NCBI GenBank assembly: GCA_964016885.1
Contig: OZ024742.1
Location: forward strand, 204,910,001-204,974,000
Origin: Eledone cirrhosa
Taxonomy: Eukaryota
Length of the DNA stretch: 64,000 nucleotides
Direction: 5' to 3'
A model generated the notes under the pieces. The model had not been told where the DNA came from. It ran no database searches and worked only from the letters and a program-made list of their open reading frames with translations. Made by a program: the position numbers and the translations under genes. Position 1 is the first letter of the stretch. Every line of letters starts with the position of its first letter. Shown here in pieces: positions 38,301 to 53,300 of the stretch.

Positions 38301-41300
38301 TGACTTGGACAGTAGATAGACTGCCTGACTGTGATAGTTGATAGACAGTCTGACTGAGACACTAGGTAGACAATTATGAAAGGTAAATAATTTTATGTAA
38401 GACTTATGTCCTTTTGTTTGTGTGTCTGCTTCTCCATGTTTTCTATCTATATTTGTCTGTTTATCCAGTAGATAGACTGTCTGACTGTGACAGTTGATAG
38501 ACCATCTGACTGGGATAGTATATAGACTGTCTGACTGGGATGGTAGATAGACAGTGTGACTGGAACAGTAGATAGACAGTCTAACTGGGACAGTAGATAG
38601 ACTGTCTAACTGGAACAGTAGATAGACTGTGTGACAGTAGATAGACTCTCTGTCTGGGACAGTTCATACAAAGTCTACCTGGGATATTAGATAGACTGTC
38701 TGACTGATACAGTAGATGGACTGTCTGACTGGGATAGTAGATAGACTGTTTGATTGGGACAGTAGTTAGACAGTTTGACTGGGACAGTAGATAGACAGTC
38801 TGGCTGGGACAGTAGATACACTGTCTGACTGGGACAGTAGATAGACAGTCTAACTGGGACAGTAGATAGACAGTCTAATTGGAACAGTAGATAGACTATG
38901 TGAATGGGACAGTTGATAGACAGTCTAACTGGAACAGTAGATAAACTGTCTAACTGGAACAGTAGATAGACTGTCTAACTGGAACAGTAGATGGACAGTC
39001 TAACTGGGACAGTAGATAGACAGTCTAGCTGGGACAGTTGATAGACAGTCTAACTGGAACAGTAGATAGACTGTCTAACTGGAACAGTAGATAGACTGTC
39101 TAACTGGAACAGTAGATAGACGGTCTAACTGGAACAGTAGATAGACGGTCTAACTGGAACAGTAGATAGACTATGTGACTGGGACAGTTGATAGACAGTT
39201 TAACTGGGACAGTAGATACACTGTCTGACTGGGACAGCGGCTAGACTGTCTAACTGGTACAGTTCATAGAAAGTTTAACTGGGACAGTTCATAGACAGTC
39301 TAACTGGGACATTAGATGGACTCTCTGACTGGGACAGTAGATAGACTGTTTGACTGTGACAGTTGATTGACAGCCTGACTGGGACAGTAGATAGATTGTG
39401 TGCTTGGGAGGGTTCATATACAGTCTAACTGGGATATTACATAAACTGTCTGACTGGGACAGTAGATAGACTGTCTGACTGAGACAGTCAATAGACTGTG
39501 TGACTGGGACAGTTGATAGACAGTTTAACTGGGACAGTAGATAGACAGTCTGACTGGGACGGTGGATAAACCATCTGACTGGGACAGTTAATAGACTGTC
39601 TGTCTGGGACAGTTCATAGACAATCTACCTGGGACATTAGATAGACTTCTGACTGTGTCAGTAGATAGACTATATGACTGAGACAGTTTATAGACTGTCT
39701 GACTCGGACAGTAGATAGACTGTCTAACTGGAACAGTAGATCGACTGTCTGTTTCGGACAGTTCACAGACAGTGTAACTGGGACAGTTCATAGACAGTGT
39801 AACTGGGACATTAGTTAGACTGTCTGACTGGGACATTAGATAGACTGTCTGACTGAGACAGTTCATAGACAGTCTGACTGGGACAGTTGATAGACTGTCT
39901 GACTGGGACAGTAGATAGACTGTTTGCCTGGGACAGTTCATAGACATTGTAACTGGGACATTACATAGACTGTCTGACTGGGACAGTAGATAGACAGTCT
40001 GACTGAGACAGTTGATAGACTGTCTTCCTGGGACAGTTCATAGACAGTCTAACTGGGACATCAGATAGACTGTCTGACTGGGACAGTTCATAGACAGTCT
40101 AACTGGGACATTAGATAGCCTGTCTGACTGGGACAGTAGAAAGCCTGTTTGACTGGGACAGTATATAGACTGTCTGACTGGGACAGTTGATAGACTGTCT
40201 GACTGGGACTCTTGATAGACTGTCTAACTGGGACAGTTCATAGAAATTTTTAACAGGGACAGTTCTTAGACAGTCTAACTGGGACATTAGATAGACTCTC
40301 TGACTGGCACAGTAGATAGACTGTCTGACTGTGACAGTTGATAGACAGCCTGGCTGGAACAGTTGATAGACTGTCTGACTGGGACAGTAGATAGACTGTC
40401 TGACTGGGACAGTAGATAGACTGTGTGACTGTGACAGTAGATAGACTGTGTGACTGTGACAGTATATAGAATGTCTGCCTGGGACAGTTCATAGACAGTC
40501 TAACTGGGACATTAGATAGACAGTCTGACTGGGACAGTAGATAGACTGTCTTACTGGGACAGTAGATAGACTGTGACAGTTGATAGCCTGTCTGCCTGGG
40601 ACAGTGCATAGACAGTCTAACTGGGACAACAGATAGACTGTCTGACTGGGACAGTAGATAGACAGTATGACTGGGACAGTAGATAGACAGTCTGGTTGAG
40701 ACACTAGGTAGACAATTATGAAAGGTAAATAATTTTATGTAAGACTTATATCCTTTTGTTTGTGTGTCTGCTTCTCCATGTTTTCTATCTATATTTGTCT
40801 GTTTATCCAGTAGATAGACTGTCTGACTCTGACAGTTGAAAGACAGTCTGACTGGGATAGTATATAGACTGTCTGACTGGGACAGTAGATAGACAGTGTG
40901 ACTTGAACAGTAGATAGACTGTCTAACTGGAACAGTAGATAGACTCTCTGCCTGGGACAGTTCATAGACAGTCTACCTAAAACATTAGATAGACTGTCTG
41001 ACTGGGACAGTAGATAGACTGTGTGACTGGGACAGTTGCGAGACTGTCTGACTGGGATAGCGGATAGACTGTCTAACTGGGACATTAGATACACTGTCTG
41101 ACTTGGACAGTAGATAGACTGCCTGACTGTGATAGTTGATAGACAGTCTGACTGAGACACTAGGTAGACAATTATGAAAGGTAAATAATTTTATGTAAGA
41201 CTTATGTCCTTTTGTTTGTGTGTCTGCTTCTCCATGTTTTCTATCTATATTTGTCTGTTTATCCAGTAGATAGACTGTCTGACTGTGACAGTTGATAGAC

Positions 41301-44300
41301 CATCTGACTGGGATAGTATATAGACTGTCTGACTGGGATGGTAGATAGACAGTGTGACTGGAACAGTAGATAGACAGTCTAACTGGGACAGTAGATAGAC
41401 TGTCTAACTGGAACAGTAGATAGACTGTGTGACAGTAGATAGACTCTCTGTCTGGGACAGTTCATACAAAGTCTACCTGGGATATTAGATAGACTGTCTG
41501 ACTGATACAGTAGATGGACTGTCTGACTGGGATAGTAGATAGACTGTTTGATTGGGACAGTAGTTAGACAGTTTGACTGGGACAGTAGATAGACAGTCTG
41601 GCTGGGACAGTAGATACACTGTCTGACTGGGACAGTAGATAGACAGTCTAACTGGGACAGTAGATAGACAGTCTAATTGGAACAGTAGATAGACTATGTG
41701 AATGGGACAGTTGATAGACAGTCTAACTGGAACAGTAGATAAACTGTCTAACTGGAACAGTAGATAGACTGTCTAACTGGAACAGTAGATGGACAGTCTA
41801 ACTGGGACAGTAGATAGACAGTCTAGCTGGGACAGTTGATAGACAGTCTAACTGGAACAGTAGATAGACTGTCTAACTGGAACAGTAGATAGACTGTCTA
41901 ACTGGAACAGTAGATAGACGGTCTAACTGGAACAGTAGATAGACGGTCTACCTGGAACAGTAGATAGACTATGTGACTGGGACAGTTGATAGACAGTTTA
42001 ACTGGGACAGTAGATACACTGTCTGACTGGGACAGCGGCTAGACTGTCTAACTGGTACAGTTCATAGAAAGTTTAACTGGGACAGTTCATAGACAGTCTA
42101 ACTGGGACATTAGATGGACTCTCTGACTGGGACAGTAGATAGACTGTTTGACTGTGACAGTTGATTGACAGCCTGACTGGGACAGTAGATAGATTGTCTG
42201 CTTGGGAGGGTTCATATACAGTCTAACTGGGATATTACATAAACTGTCTGACTGGGACAGTAGATAGACTGTCTGACTGAGACAGTCAATAGACTGTGTG
42301 ACTGGGACAGTTGATAGACAGTTTAACTGGGACAGTAGATAGACAGTCTGACTGGGACGGTAGATAAACCATCTGACTGGGACAGTTAATAGACTGTCTG
42401 TCTGGGACAGTTCATACACAATCTACCTGGGACATTAGATAGACTTCTGACTGTGTCAGTAGATAGACTATATGACTGAGACAGTTTATAGACTGTCTGA
42501 CTGGGACAGTAGATAGACTGTCTAACTGGAACAGTAGATCGACTGTCTGTTTGGGACAGTTCACAGACAGTGTAACTGGGACAGTTCATAGACAGTGTAA
42601 CTGGGACATTAGTTAGACTGTCTGACTGGCACATTAGATAGACTGTCTGACTGAGACAGTTCATAGACAGTCTGACTGGGACAGTTGATAGACTGTCTGA
42701 CTGGGACAGTAGATAGACTGTTTGCCTGGGACAGTTCATAGACATTGTAACTGGGACATTACATAGACTGTCTGACTGGGACAGTAGATAGACAGTCTGA
42801 CTGAGACAGTTGATAGACTGTCTTCCTGGGACAGTTCATAGACAGTCTAACTGGGACATCAGATAGACTGTCTGACTGGGACAGTTCATAGACAGTCTAA
42901 CTGGGATATTAGATAGCCTGTCTGACTGGGACAGTAGAAAGCCTGTCTGACTGGGACAGTAGATAGACTGTCTGACTGGGACAGTTGATAGACTGTCTGA
43001 CTGGGACTCTTGATAGACTGTCTAACTGGGACAGTTCATAGAAATTTTTAACAGGGACAGTTCTTAGACAGTCTAACTGGGACATTAGATAGACTCTCTG
43101 ACTGGCACAGTAGATAGACTGTCTGACTGTGACAGTTGATAGACAGCCTGGCTGGAACAGTTGATAGACTGTCTGACTGGGACAGTAGATAGACTGTCTG
43201 ACTGGGACAGTAGATAGACTGTGTGACTGTGACAGTAGATAGACTGTGTGACTGTGACAGTATATAGAATGTCTGCCTGGGACAGTTCATAGACAGTCTA
43301 ACTGGGACATTAGATAGACAGTCTGACTGGGACAGTAGATAGACTGTCTTACTGGGACAGTAGATAGACTGTGACAGTTGATAGCCTGTCTGCCTGGGAC
43401 AGTGCATAGACAGTCTAACTGGGACAACAGATAGACTGTCTGACTGGGACAGTAGATAGACAGTATGACTGGGACAGTAGATAGACAGTCTGGTTGAGAC
43501 ACTAGGTAGACAATTATGAAAGGTAAATAATTTTATGTAAGACTTATATCCTTTTGTTTGTGTGTCTGCTTCTCCATGTTTTCTATCTATATTTGTCTGT
43601 TTATCCAGTAGATAGACTGTCTGACTCTGACAGTTGAAAGACAGTCTGACTGGGATAGTATATAGACTGTCTGACTGGGACAGTAGATAGACAGTGTGAC
43701 TTGAACAGTAGATAGACTGTCTAACTGGAACAGTAGATAGACTCTCTGCCTGGGACAGTTCATAGACAGTCTACCTAAAACATTAGATAGACTGTCTGAC
43801 TGGGACAGTAGATAGACTGTGTGACTGGGACAGTTGCGAGACTGTCTGACTGGGATAGCGGATAGACTGTCTAACTGGGACATTAGATACACTGTCTGAC
43901 TTGGACAGTAGATAGACTGCCTGACTGTGATAGTTGATAGACAGTCTGACTGAGACACTACGTAGACAATTATGAAAGGTAAATAATTTTATGTAAGACT
44001 TATATCCTTTTGTTTGTGTGTCTGCTTCTCCATGTTTTCTATCTATATTTGTCTGTTTATCCAGTAGATAGACTGTCTGACTGTGACAGTTGATAGACCA
44101 TCTGACTGGGATAGTATATAGACTGTCTGACTGGGATGGTAGATAGACAGTGTGACTGGAACAGTAGATAGACAGTCTAACTGGGACAGTAGATAGACTG
44201 TCTAACTGGAACAGTAGATAGACTGTGTGACAGTAGATAGACTCTCTGTCTGGGACAGTTCATACAAAGTCTACCTGGGATATTAGATAGACTGTCTGAC

Positions 44301-47300
44301 TGATACAGTAGATGGACTGTCTGACTGGGATAGTAGATAGACTGTTTGATTGGGACAGTAGTTAGACAGTTTGACTGGGACAGTAGATAGACAGTCTGGC
44401 TGGGACAGTAGATACACTGTCTGACTGGGACAGTAGATAGACAGTCTAACTGGGACAGTAGATAGACAGTCTAATTGGAACAGTAGATAGACTATGTGAA
44501 TGGGACAGTTGATAGACAGTCTAACTGGAACAGTAGATAAACTGTCTAACTGGAACAGTAGATAGACTGTCTAACTGGAACAGTAGATGGACAGTCTAAC
44601 TGGGACAGTAGATAGACAGTCTAGCTGGGACAGTTGATAGACAGTCTAACTGGAACAGTAGATAGACTGTCTAACTGGAACAGTAGATAGACTGTCTAAC
44701 TGGAACAGTAGATAGACGGTCTAACTGGAACAGTAGATAGACGGTCTAACTGGAACAGTAGATAGACTATGTGACTGGGACAGTTGATAGACAGTTTAAC
44801 TGGGACAGTAGATACACTGTCTGACTGGGACAGCGGCTAGACTGTCTAACTGGTACAGTTCATAGAAAGTTTAACTGGGACAGTTCATAGACAGTCTAAC
44901 TGGGACATTAGATGGACTCTCTGACTGGGACAGTAGATAGACTGTTTGACTGTGACAGTTGATTGACAGCCTGACTGGGACAGTAGATAGATTGTGTGCT
45001 TGGGAGGGTTCATATACAGTCTAACTGGGATATTACATAAACTGTCTGACTGGGACAGTAGATAGACTGTCTGACTGAGACAGTCAATAGACTGTGTGAC
45101 TGGGACAGTTGATAGACAGTTTAACTGGGACAGTAGATAGACAGTCTGACTGGGACGGTGGATAAACCATCTGACTGGGACAGTTCATAGACAATCTACC
45201 TGGGACATTAGATAGACTTCTGACTGTGTCAGTAGATAGACTATATGACTGAGACAGTTTATAGACTGTCTGACTCGGACAGTAGATAGACTGTCTAACT
45301 GGAACAGTAGATCGACTGTCTGTTTCGGACAGTTCACAGACAGTGTAACTGGGACAGTTCATAGACAGTGTAACTGGGACATTAGTTAGACTGTCTGACT
45401 GGCACATTAGATAGACTGTCTGACTGAGACAGTTCATAGACAGTCTGACTGGGACAGTTGATAGACTGTCTGACTGGGACAGTAGATAGACTGTTTGCCT
45501 GGGACAGTTCATAGACATTGTAACTGGGACATTACATAGACTGTCTGACTGGGACAGTAGATAGACAGTCTGACTGAGACAGTTGATAGACTGTCTTCCT
45601 GGGACAGTTCATAGACAGTCTAACTGGGACATCAGATAGACTGTCTGACTGGGACAGTTCATAGACAGTCTAACTGGGACATTAGATAGCCTGTCTGACT
45701 GGGACAGTAGAAAGCCTGTTTGACTGGGACAGTATATAGACTGTCTGACTGGGACAGTTGATAGACTGTCTGACTGGGACTCTTGATAGACTGTCTAACT
45801 GGGACAGTTCATAGAAATTTTTAACAGGGACAGTTCTTAGACAGTCTAACTGGGACATTAGATAGACTCTCTGACTGGCACAGTAGATAGACTGTCTGAC
45901 TGTGACAGTTGATAGACAGCCTGGCTGGAACAGTTGATAGACTGTCTGACTGGGACAGTAGATAGACTGTCTGACTGGGACAGTAGATAGACTGTGTGAC
46001 TGTGACAGTAGATAGACTGTGTGACTGTGACAGTATATAGAATGTCTGCCTGGGACAGTTCATAGACAGTCTAACTGGGACATTAGATAGACAGTCTGAC
46101 TGGGACAGTAGATAGACTGTCTTACTGGGACAGTAGATAGACTGTGACAGTTGATAGCCTGTCTGCCTGGGACAGTGCATAGACAGTCTAACTGGGACAA
46201 CAGATAGACTGTCTGACTGGGACAGTAGATAGACAGTATGACTGGGACAGTAGATAGACAGTCTGGTTGAGACACTAGGTAGACAATTATGAAAGGTAAA
46301 TAATTTTATGTAAGACTTATATCCTTTTGTTTGTGTGTCTGCTTCTCCATGTTTTCTATCTATATTTGTCTGTTTATCCAGTAGATAGACTGTCTGACTC
46401 TGACAGTTGAAAGACAGTCTGACTGGGATAGTATATAGACTGTCTGACTGGGACAGTAGATAGACAGTGTGACTTGAACAGTAGATAGACTGTCTAACTG
46501 GAACAGTAGATAGACTCTCTGCCTGGGACAGTTCATAGACAGTCTACCTAAAACATTAGATAGACTGTCTGACTGGGACAGTAGATAGACTGTGTGACTG
46601 GGACAGTTGCGAGACTGTCTGACTGGGATAGCGGATAGACTGTCTAACTGGGACATTAGATACACTGTCTGACTTGGACAGTAGATAGACTGCCTGACTG
46701 TGATAGTTGATAGACAGTCTGACTGAGACACTAGGTAGACAATTATGAAAGGTAAATAATTTTATGTAAGACTTATGTCCTTTTGTTTGTGTGTCTGCTT
46801 CTCCATGTTTTCTATCTATATTTGTCTGTTTATCCAGTAGATAGACTGTCTGACTGTGACAGTTGATAGACCATCTGACTGGGATAGTATATAGACTGTC
46901 TGACTGGGATGGTAGATAGACAGTGTGACTGGAACAGTAGATAGACAGTCTAACTGGGACAGTAGATAGACTGTCTAACTGGAACAGTAGATAGACTGTG
47001 TGACAGTAGATAGACTCTCTGTCTGGGACAGTTCATACAAAGTCTACCTGGGATATTAGATAGACTGTCTGACTGATACAGTAGATGGACTGTCTGACTG
47101 GGATAGTAGATAGACTGTTTGATTGGGACAGTAGTTAGACAGTTTGACTGGGACAGTAGATAGACAGTCTGGCTGGGACAGTAGATACACTGTCTGACTG
47201 GGACAGTAGATAGACAGTCTAACTGGGACAGTAGATAGACAGTCTAATTGGAACAGTAGATAGACTATGTGAATGGGACAGTTGATAGACAGTCTAACTG

Positions 47301-50300
47301 GAACAGTAGATAAACTGTCTAACTGGAACAGTAGATAGACTGTCTAACTGGAACAGTAGATGGACAGTCTAACTGGGACAGTAGATAGACAGTCTAGCTG
47401 GGACAGTTGATAGACAGTCTAACTGGAACAGTAGATAGACTGTCTAACTGGAACAGTAGATAGACTGTCTAACTGGAACAGTAGATAGACGGTCTAACTG
47501 GAACAGTAGATAGACGGTCTAACTGGAACAGTAGATAGACTATGTGACTGGGACAGTTGATAGACAGTTTAACTGGGACAGTAGATACACTGTCTGACTG
47601 GGACAGCGGCTAGACTGTCTAACTGGTACAGTTCATAGAAAGTTTAACTGGGACAGTTCATAGACAGTCTAACTGGGACATTAGATGGACTCTCTGACTG
47701 GGACAGTAGATAGACTGTTTGACTGTGACAGTTGATTGACAGCCTGACTGGGACAGTAGATAGATTGTGTGCTTGGGAGGGTTCATATACAGTCTAACTG
47801 GGATATTACATAAACTGTCTGACTGGGACAGTAGATAGACTGTCTGACTGAGACAGTCAATAGACTGTGTGACTGGGACAGTTGATAGACAGTTTAACTG
47901 GGACAGTAGATAGACAGTCTGACTGGGACGGTGGATAAACCATCGGACTGGGACAGTTAATAGACTGTCTGTCTGGGACAGTTCATAGACAATCTACCTG
48001 GGACATTAGATAGACTTCTGACTGTGTCAGTAGATAGACTATATGACTGAGACAGTTTATAGACTGTCTGACTCGGACAGTAGATAGACTGTCTAACTGG
48101 AACAGTAGATCGACTGTCTGTTTCGGACAGTTCACAGACAGTGTAACTGGGACAGTTCATAGACAGTGTAACTGGGACATTAGTTAGACTGTCTGACTGG
48201 GACATTAGATAGACTGTCTGACTGAGACAGTTCATAGACAGTCTGACTGGGACAGTTGATAGACTGTCTGACTGGGACAGTAGATAGACTGTTTGCCTGG
48301 GACAGTTCATAGACATTGTAACTGGGACATTACATAGACTGTCTGACTGGGACAGTAGATAGACAGTCTGACTGAGACAGTTGATAGACTGTCTTCCTGG
48401 GACAGTTCATAGACAGTCTAACTGGGACATCAGATAGACTGTCTGACTGGGACAGTTCATAGACAGTCTAACTGGGACATTAGATAGCCTGTCTGACTGG
48501 GACAGTAGAAAGCCTGTTTGACTGGGACAGTATATAGACTGTCTGACTGGGACAGTTGATAGACTGTCTGACTGGGACTCTTGATAGACTGTCTAACTGG
48601 GACAGTTCATAGAAATTTTTAACAGGGACAGTTCTTAGACAGTCTAACTGGGACATTAGATAGACTCTCTGACTGGCACAGTAGATAGACTGTCTGACTG
48701 TGACAGTTGATAGACAGCCTGGCTGGAACAGTTGATAGACTGTCTGACTGGGACAGTAGATAGACTGTCTGACTGGGACAGTAGATAGACTGTGTGACTG
48801 TGACAGTAGATAGACTGTGTGACTGTGACAGTATATAGAATGTCTGCCTGGGACAGTTCATAGACAGTCTAACTGGGACATTAGATAGACAGTCTGACTG
48901 GGACAGTAGATAGACTGTCTTACTGGGACAGTAGATAGACTGTGACAGTTGATAGCCTGTCTGCCTGGGACAGTGCATAGACAGTCTAACTGGGACAACA
49001 GATAGACTGTCTGACTGGGACAGTAGATAGACAGTATGACTGGGACAGTAGATAGACAGTCTGGTTGAGACACTAGGTAGACAATTATGAAAGGTAAATA
49101 ATTTTATGTAAGACTTATATCCTTTTGTTTGTGTGTCTGCTTCTCCATGTTTTCTATCTATATTTGTCTGTTTATCCAGTAGATAGACTGTCTGACTCTG
49201 ACAGTTGAAAGACAGTCTGACTGGGATAGTATATAGACTGTCTGACTGGGACAGTAGATAGACAGTGTGACTTGAACAGTAGATAGACTGTCTAACTGGA
49301 ACAGTAGATAGACTCTCTGCCTGGGACAGTTCATAGACAGTCTACCTAAAACATTAGATAGACTGTCTGACTGGGACAGTAGATAGACTGTGTGACTGGG
49401 ACAGTTGCGAGACTGTCTGACTGGGATAGCGGATAGACTGTCTAACTGGGACATTAGATACACTGTCTGACTTGGACAGTAGATAGACTGCCTGACTGTG
49501 ATAGTTGATAGACAGTCTGACTGAGACACTAGGTAGACAATTATGAAAGGTAAATAATTTTATGTAAGACTTATATCCTTTTGTTTGTGTGTCTGCTTCT
49601 CCATGTTTTCTATCTATATTTGTCTGTTTATCCAGTAGATAGACTGTCTGACTGTGACAGTTGATAGACCATCTGACTGGGATAGTATATAGACTGTCTG
49701 ACTGGGATGGTAGATAGACAGTGTGACTGGAACAGTAGATAGACAGTCTAACTGGGACAGTAGATAGACTGTCTAACTGGAACAGTAGATAGACTGTGTG
49801 ACAGTAGATAGACTCTCTGTCTGGGACAGTTCATACAAAGTCTACCTGGGATATTAGATAGACTGTCTGACTGATACAGTAGATGGACTGTCTGACTGGG
49901 ATAGTAGATAGACTGTTTGATTGGGACAGTAGTTAGACAGTTTGACTGGGACAGTAGATAGACAGTCTGGCTGGGACAGTAGATACACTGTCTGACTGGG
50001 ACAGTAGATAGACAGTCTAACTGGGACAGTAGATAGACAGTCTAACTGGAACAGTAGATAGACTGTCTAATTGGAACAGTAGATAGACTATGTGAATGGG
50101 ACAGTTGATAGACAGTCTAACTGGAACAGTAGATAAACTGTCTAACTGGAACAGTAGATAGACTGTCTAACTGGAACAGTAGATAGTCTATCTGACTGGG
50201 ACAGTCGATAGGCTGTCTGTCTGGGACTGTTGATAGACAGTTTAACTGGGACAGTAGATAGACTGTCTGACTGGGACAGTAGATAGACTGTTTGACTGGG

Positions 50301-53300
50301 ACAGTTCATAGACAGTCTAACTGGGACATTAGATAGACTGTCGGACTGAGACAGTAGATAGACTGTCTGACTGGGACAGTAGGTAGATAGTCTCACTGTG
50401 ACAGTAGATAGACAGTCTGACTGGGAGAGTTGATAGACTGTCTGACTGACAGTTGATAGACTGTCTGACTGACAGTTGATAGACTGTCTGACTGACAGTT
50501 CATAGACAGTCTAACTGGGGCATTAGATAGACTGTCTGACTGGACCAGTAGATAAACTGTCTGACTGAGACAGTTGATAGACTGTGACTGGGACAGTTGA
50601 TAGACAGTTCAACTGGGACAGTAGATAGACTGTCTAACTGGAACAGTAGATAGACTGTCTAACTGGAACAGTAGATAGACGGTCTAACTGGAACAGTAGA
50701 TAGACTGTCTAACTGGAACAGTAGATAGACGGTCTAACTGGAACAGTAGATAGACTATGTGACTGGGACAGTTGATAGACAGTTTAACTGGGACAGTAGA
50801 TACACTGTCTGACTGGGACAGCGGCTAGACTGTCTAACTGGTACAGTTCATAGAAAGTTTAACTGGGACAGTTCATAGACAGTCTAACTGGGACATTAGA
50901 TGGACTCTCTGACTGGGACAGTAGATAGACTGTTTGACTGTGACAGTTGATTGACAGCCTGACTGGGACAGTAGATAGATTGTCTGCTTGGGAGGGTTCA
51001 TATACAGTCTAACTGGGATATTACATAAACTGTCTGACTGGGACAGTAGATAGACTGTCTGACTGAGACAGTCAATAGACTGTGTGACTGGGACAGTTGA
51101 TAGACAGTTTAACTGGGACAGTAGATAGACAGTCTGACTGGGACGGTAGATAAACCATCTGACTGGGACAGTTAATAGACTGTCTGTCTGGGACAGTTCA
51201 TACACAATCTACCTGGGACATTAGATAGACTTCTGACTGTGTCAGTAGATAGACTATATGACTGAGACAGTTTATAGACTGTCTGACTGGGACAGTAGAT
51301 AGACTGTCTAACTGGAACAGTAGATCGACTGTCTGTTTGGGACAGTTCACAGACAGTGTAACTGGGACAGTTCATAGACAGTGTAACTGGGACATTAGTT
51401 AGACTGTCTGACTGGCACATTAGATAGACTGTCTGACTGAGACAGTTCATAGACAGTCTGACTGGGACAGTTGATAGACTGTCTGACTGGGACAGTAGAT
51501 AGACTGTTTGCCTGGGACAGTTCATAGACATTGTAACTGGGACATTACATAGACTGTCTGACTGGGACAGTAGATAGACAGTCTGACTGAGACAGTTGAT
51601 AGACTGTCTTCCTGGGACAGTTCATAGACAGTCTAACTGGGACATCAGATAGACTGTCTGACTGGGACAGTTCATAGACAGTCTAACTGGGACATTAGAT
51701 AGCCTGTCTGACTGGGACAGTAGAAAGCCTGTCTGACTGGGACAGTAGATAGACTGTCTGACTGGGACAGTTGATAGACTGTCTGACTGGGACTCTTGAT
51801 AGACTGTCTAACTGGGACAGTTCATAGAAATTTTTAACAGGGACAGTTCTTAGACAGTCTAACTGGGACATTAGATAGACTCTCTGACTGGCACAGTAGA
51901 TAGACTGTCTGACTGTGACAGTTGATAGACAGCCTGGCTGGAACAGTTGATAGACTGTCTGACTGGGACAGTAGATAGACTGTCTGACTGGGACAGTAGA
52001 TAGACTGTGTGACTGTGACAGTAGATAGACTGTGTGACTGTGACAGTATATAGAATGTCTGCCTGGGACAGTTCATAGACAGTCTAACTGGGACATTAGA
52101 TAGACAGTCTGACTGGGACAGTAGATAGACTGTCTTACTGGGACAGTAGATAGACTGTGACAGTTGATAGCCTGTCTGCCTGGGACAGTGCATAGACAGT
52201 CTAACTGGGACAACAGATAGACTGTCTGACTGGGACAGTAGATAGACAGTATGACTGGGACAGTAGATAGACAGTCTGGTTGAGACACTAGGTAGACAAT
52301 TATGAAAGGTAAATAATTTTATGTAAGACTTATATCCTTTTGTTTGTGTGTCTGCTTCTCCATGTTTTCTATCTATATTTGTCTGTTTATCCAGTAGATA
52401 GACTGTCTGACTCTGACAGTTGAAAGACAGTCTGACTGGGATAGTATATAGACTGTCTGACTGGGACAGTAGATAGACAGTGTGACTTGAACAGTAGATA
52501 GACTGTCTAACTGGAACAGTAGATAGACTCTCTGCCTGGGACAGTTCATAGACAGTCTACCTAAAACATTAGATAGACTGTCTGACTGGGACAGTAGATA
52601 GACTGTGTGACTGGGACAGTTGCGAGACTGTCTGACTGGGATAGCGGATAGACTGTCTAACTGGGACATTAGATAAACTGTCTGACTTGGACAGTAGATA
52701 GACTGCCTGACTGTGATAGTTGATAGACAGTCTGACTGAGACACTAGGTAGACAATTATGAAAGGTAAATAATTTTATGTAAGACTTATATCCTTTTGTT
52801 TGTGTGTCTGCTTCTCCATGTTTTCTATCTATATTTGTCTGTTTATCCAGTAGATAGACTGTCTGACTGTGACAGTTGATAGACCATCTGACTGGGATAG
52901 TATATAGACTGTCTGACTGGGATGGTAGATAGACAGTGTGACTGGAACAGTAGATAGACAGTCTAACTGGGACAGTAGATAGACTGTCTAACTGGAACAG
53001 TAGATAGACTGTGTGACAGTAGATAGACTCTCTGTCTGGGACAGTTCATACAAAGTCTACCTGGGATATTAGATAGACTGTCTGACTGATACAGTAGATG
53101 GACTGTCTGACTGGGATAGTAGATAGACTGTTTGATTGGGACAGTAGTTAGACAGTTTGACTGGGACAGTAGATAGACAGTCTGGCTGGGACAGTAGATA
53201 CACTGTCTGACTGGGACAGTAGATAGACAGTCTAACTGGGACAGTAGATAGACAGTCTAATTGGAACAGTAGATAGACTATGTGAATGGGACAGTTGATA